From a virus: 64,000 nt of DNA. The DNA lies in IMG/VR virus record IMGVR_UViG_3300045988_140118; one strand, given 5' to 3'. The notes under the pieces are model-generated. The model did not search any database. It saw nothing but the letters and a program-made list of their open reading frames with translations, and was not told where the DNA came from. Position 1 is the stretch's first letter. Each line of letters starts with the position of its first letter. Positions 60,987-64,000 of the stretch are shown here, piece by piece. Both the position numbers and the translations under genes were made by a program.

Positions 60987-61190
60987 ATGACTGACGAAAA
61001 GAAAGTAGAATCTCCGGTTTCTAAACCAAAACGGGTAGTTTCTACGACAAAGAGAATCCGAAATATGGGAAAAAACAAAATAGAGCTTGTCATAGACGGG
61101 AAAGTTATTCCTCTCCTTCCTAGACAAACTTGTGAGGTTCCCGAAGAGTATGATGTTCCGAAAGGAGTTAATTTACTCGTACTGATATGA
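60987..61190 (+). CDS. hypothetical protein
   Basis: Packed ORF. Confidence 0.5.
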   Translation: MTDEKKVESPVSKPKRVVSTTKRIRNMGKNKIELVIDGKVIPLLPRQTCEVPEEYDVPKGVNLLVLI

Positions 61191-61555
61191 TAGTAGGCTT
61201 TACTGTAACAGATTATAAAGGACATGAAAAGATTGCGGTTGAATTTATCAGAAAATACTGCATCTTAAGTAGTCCGGACATTGCGCAGAATATTGTTAAT
61301 GCAGGACCCGGAGTAAACATTTACTCTGACTCGTTAACGGCAGCGTTGGTACAAGGACAACCCTTTTTAAGTACTCTTATTGAGACACGATCCGGAAGAT
61401 CTATGGTAGTTTCAACAGTGAATTTTACAGTAGAGCTTACCTATAACGGGAGGATAAAGAGGTTACTCCCTACTGAGTATTTTTACATTGCCCCGACAGA
61501 AAAGGGACAATTTGATTATTACAAAGAACTAGGACTTATTAAAATTATAGATTAA
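61187..61555 (+). CDS. hypothetical structural protein
   Basis: Packed ORF. Confidence 0.5.
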   Translation: MIVGFTVTDYKGHEKIAVEFIRKYCILSSPDIAQNIVNAGPGVNIYSDSLTAALVQGQPFLSTLIETRSGRSMVVSTVNFTVELTYNGRIKRLLPTEYFYIAPTEKGQFDYYKELGLIKIID

Positions 61556-61926
61556 TGGGCGATGATATTGCTGAAAACTTAGAGCTTATGTGTGACAGGG
61601 ATAATCCACAGGATAAAAAAATCCTCCTGCTCGCAAGGTTAATGCAAGGACGATTTGAGACTCTTTCTAACAATCAGGAAGAGCTTAAAAAATCTCTGGA
61701 GCATACCAATAAAAAACTAGATCGTATTCTAGATACTATTGAACAGTACGAGAGTGCTGCCGAGAATTGCCCTGTGTCTAAAAACAAAGATGATATCGAA
61801 ACACTGATCTTATTTTTTAGGTACCCTAAACTAAGTTTCATCTTAATCATTGGCATTGCTGCTCTCCTTGGAGGCTTAGTAAGTAATGGTTTCACAGATA
61901 TGATAAAAGCATTATTAGGAGTATGA
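61555..61926 (+). CDS. C-terminally anchored membrane protein (holin candidate)
   Basis: Coiled coil plus transmembrane segment LSFILIIGIAALLGGLV; immediately upstream of the amidase. Confidence 0.45.
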   Translation: MGDDIAENLELMCDRDNPQDKKILLLARLMQGRFETLSNNQEELKKSLEHTNKKLDRILDTIEQYESAAENCPVSKNKDDIETLILFFRYPKLSFILIIGIAALLGGLVSNGFTDMIKALLGV

Positions 61927-62534
61927 AAAAATTAGTGATTGTTCTAGATCCTGCACATGGTGAGAATGTTGCGGGAAAATGTTCTCCCGATAAAACCCAT
62001 TATGAATACTTATGGAGTCGGGAAAGATGTAAGGCTTTAAAAAGTCTTTTGGAGGATAGAGGTTATCGAGTAGTGTTCACTACAGACTCTATCAATGAAC
62101 CGGGATTATCGAAAAGAAAGAATTTTGCTTCTGCATTAAAGGTTGAAAAAGGTCAATTAAAACTTCTTATTTCTCCACATAATAATGCAGCAGGACGTGG
62201 TGATAACTGGATGACTGCTACCGGTATCGAAGTATGGACTTCTCCGGGGGTTACTAAATCCGATGAATGTGCTGATATTATCATAGACCAGCTTGCAAAA
62301 GACTTTCCTGATATAAAAATGCGCTTAAATTCTTCTCAATGTCTACAAAAAGATAAAGAGGCGAATTTTACCGTTTTAATGGGTGCCGATTATATGGCCG
62401 TATTAATAGAATGGTTATTTCAGGACAATAAAAAGGATGTGGAACTTCTCAAAGACGTTACTGTCAATAAACGTTTTGAAAAGTCATTAGTAGAAGCTAT
62501 CGAAAGAATCAATAATCATTTCTCTAAGGTATGA
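61923..62534 (+). CDS. N-acetylmuramoyl-L-alanine amidase (Amidase_3-type endolysin)
   Basis: VLDPAHGENVAGK, LLISPHNNA, GIEVW, FTVL and IEWLFQDN fit the Amidase_3 pattern. Confidence 0.8.
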   Translation: MKKLVIVLDPAHGENVAGKCSPDKTHYEYLWSRERCKALKSLLEDRGYRVVFTTDSINEPGLSKRKNFASALKVEKGQLKLLISPHNNAAGRGDNWMTATGIEVWTSPGVTKSDECADIIIDQLAKDFPDIKMRLNSSQCLQKDKEANFTVLMGADYMAVLIEWLFQDNKKDVELLKDVTVNKRFEKSLVEAIERINNHFSKV

Positions 62535-62884
62535 AGAAACAGACTAAAGTGAATTTATTTTTCGTGAGCATTGCTATAATTGGAGTTATTATTGCTATAT
62601 TTGCGCTGTATGCTAGATCGGTAACTCCGGTTTTGCCTACTAAGAACGATGTGTATCGGGCAAATATAAAAGTTCTTTCCGATACTGTGGAAGAACTTAG
62701 AAGAGATATAGCTCGCTACGAAGAACAGATAAACCAACTTAACCTTGAAAAAGAAAACCTAAAAAGAGAAATTGACAAAATTATAAAAGCCAATGAAGAG
62801 ACTGATAACAAGCTTGTTAATGGTACTTTGGATGACAACGTGGAGTTTCTCTCAAAGTACCTATCCGAAAATTCTGATGAATGA
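62531..62884 (+). CDS. type-II membrane coiled-coil protein (i-spanin-like)
   Basis: N-terminal transmembrane segment LFFVSIAIIGVIIAIFALYA followed by a heptad-rich region. Confidence 0.5.
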   Translation: MKKQTKVNLFFVSIAIIGVIIAIFALYARSVTPVLPTKNDVYRANIKVLSDTVEELRRDIARYEEQINQLNLEKENLKREIDKIIKANEETDNKLVNGTLDDNVEFLSKYLSENSDE

Positions 62885-63215
62885 CGGGGATACAGTTGTA
62901 GCTATAACTCCTCCGCAGCTTCTTACTGTAAACAGACATCTTAACAGCTATATCCATTTGAAGAAAATGACAGAACTTCTTCAGATGGATATTCTCGTTT
63001 CTGATTCTTTAATAAGATCTCAGAAAACAGTCATGCAAAAACAAGACTCTATTATCCTGTTTCAGAAGATTCAAGTAAACGAGTCCATACGTTTTGTAGA
63101 TGACCTGGAATCTCAATTAAAAAAACAGAAGAAAACTTCCCGAAAAAACGCTATATTTACCGGACTTGGGTGTACCGTGATCGGAGTAATTGCAGGGATT
63201 CTTATTTTAAAATAA
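62793..63215 (+). CDS. protein with signal-peptide-like N-terminus and C-terminal membrane anchor, overlapping the upstream gene
   Basis: MKRLITSLLMVLWMTTWSFSQS is encoded in the +1 frame of the last 92 nt of 62531-62884. An alternative start lies at 62877. Confidence 0.45.
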   Translation: MKRLITSLLMVLWMTTWSFSQSTYPKILMNDGDTVVAITPPQLLTVNRHLNSYIHLKKMTELLQMDILVSDSLIRSQKTVMQKQDSIILFQKIQVNESIRFVDDLESQLKKQKKTSRKNAIFTGLGCTVIGVIAGILILK

Positions 63216-63245
63216 AAGGGGTATCATTAACTAATTTATAAAAAG

Positions 63246-64000
63246 ATGAATAATGTAGGATTAACAATTACAGAGGGTGTTGCTAGAGGTGCTACTCCCT
63301 ACACTGGCCCTTCCAAAAGAAATATAGGTCTTTTAGGAGGTTTTATTCGAGGTGCCGCTTTCACACCTACGAAGGTTACATCTATGGAAGATGTAAATAC
63401 GATATTCGGAGGACTCAGTTCCTCTTTCTATGGGCCTGCTATCGTCAAGAGTATTTTTGATGAAGCTGGTGAAGCAAAAGTTACTTTGTACTTGGCTAGA
63501 GCCGTTTCCGAAACATCTCAAACAGCTACCGGAGAAGTTTCTATTGGCGATTCTTCCGCTAAGATGACCGGTACTGCTGCCTATAAAGGAAATCCTGATC
63601 CCGGAGCTTGGGGAAATAAAGTAACGCTTACTTTGTATTCATACGGGTATAAAGTCAAAGATGCGTTTACCTTAACTATTTCCTACAATGGAGGTACTCC
63701 GGAAAGTTATTCGTATGACACTCTAGCCAAAATACAGGATGCCGTTAACAAGGTTAGCAAATATGCTACCGTGGTATTCTCTAAAGAGATAGAAAAACTT
63801 ACCTTCAAAGAAATTTCTGGAACTGCCACTACAACAACTGCCAGTAAGGAGGTTACGGGTGTAGGAACTACGTTTACTTCATTGAAACCGGGAAATGTAT
63901 TGTACAACAATGCAAACGAAATTGTGGGTACTATCGCTGAGATAAAAAGTGATACTTCGATACTTCTGACAAGCAAAGCCTTTGTTGCTGTTGCTGCCGG
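63246..64000 (+). CDS. tail sheath protein (3' end truncated by the window)
   Basis: Open frame to the window end; N-terminal ...VTSMEDVNTIFGG... and GAWGNKVTLTL are sheath-like. Confidence 0.6.
   Translation, partial: MNNVGLTITEGVARGATPYTGPSKRNIGLLGGFIRGAAFTPTKVTSMEDVNTIFGGLSSSFYGPAIVKSIFDEAGEAKVTLYLARAVSETSQTATGEVSIGDSSAKMTGTAAYKGNPDPGAWGNKVTLTLYSYGYKVKDAFTLTISYNGGTPESYSYDTLAKIQDAVNKVSKYATVVFSKEIEKLTFKEISGTATTTTASKEVTGVGTTFTSLKPGNVLYNNANEIVGTIAEIKSDTSILLTSKAFVAVAA

Noticed and set aside
1-64000. Lysogeny module, diversity-generating retroelement, transposase or IS element
   Set aside because: I found no integrase, recombinase, reverse transcriptase or transposase motifs in any frame. The HTH regulators alone do not establish a temperate lifestyle.

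Overview
This window is a contiguous 64-kb stretch of a tailed dsDNA phage genome. It has about 125 tightly packed ORFs, all but one on the + strand, and is AT-rich (sampled 60-nt stretches run 28-35% G+C). A partial tail-sheath gene at the 3' edge indicates a contractile tail. Seven intergenic sites match the full Bacteroides-type promoter consensus TTTG-N19-21-TAnnTTTG, so a Bacteroidota host is likely. Layout: 0-17.6 kb holds replication and recombination genes: HU, a DnaC-like loader, a DnaB-like helicase, primase, family-A DNA polymerase, a RecA-like protein, a Cas4-like nuclease, two small PD-(D/E)XK nucleases, and a MoxR-like AAA+ / vWA-metallopeptidase pair. 17.6-20 kb holds a SpoVS-like protein, a tiny H1-like peptide, QueC and DpdA. 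20-29 kb holds about 30 small accessory ORFs, including a sub-block with strong Shine-Dalgarno sites and a split gp49-like/DUF2829 (Tad2-like) gene. The remaining 7-deazaguanine genes are dispersed: a QueE fusion at 28.5 kb, FolE at 36.7 kb and QueD at 50.4 kb. 30.3-33.3 kb has a divergent regulator pair around a C10 tract, plus a membrane/Cys-rich operon. An ECF-type sigma factor, a LamG-like protein, MazG and Dps lie between 34.6 and 41 kb. 40.9-42.8 kb is a 1.8-kb ORF-free region with iteron-like repeats and a TG-rich tract. 43.6-47.9 kb is a higher-GC island of unknown genes. 50.9-64 kb is the morphogenesis module: TerL, portal, scaffold, major capsid, neck proteins, a lysis cassette and the sheath. 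The findings I rate highest are the ORF-free repeat region, five proteins sharing a duplicated basic N-terminal heptad module, the dispersed and fused deazaguanine genes, the split Tad2-like gene, and the two homopolymer tracts in regulatory positions. All domain calls rest on motifs read by eye and need HMM confirmation.
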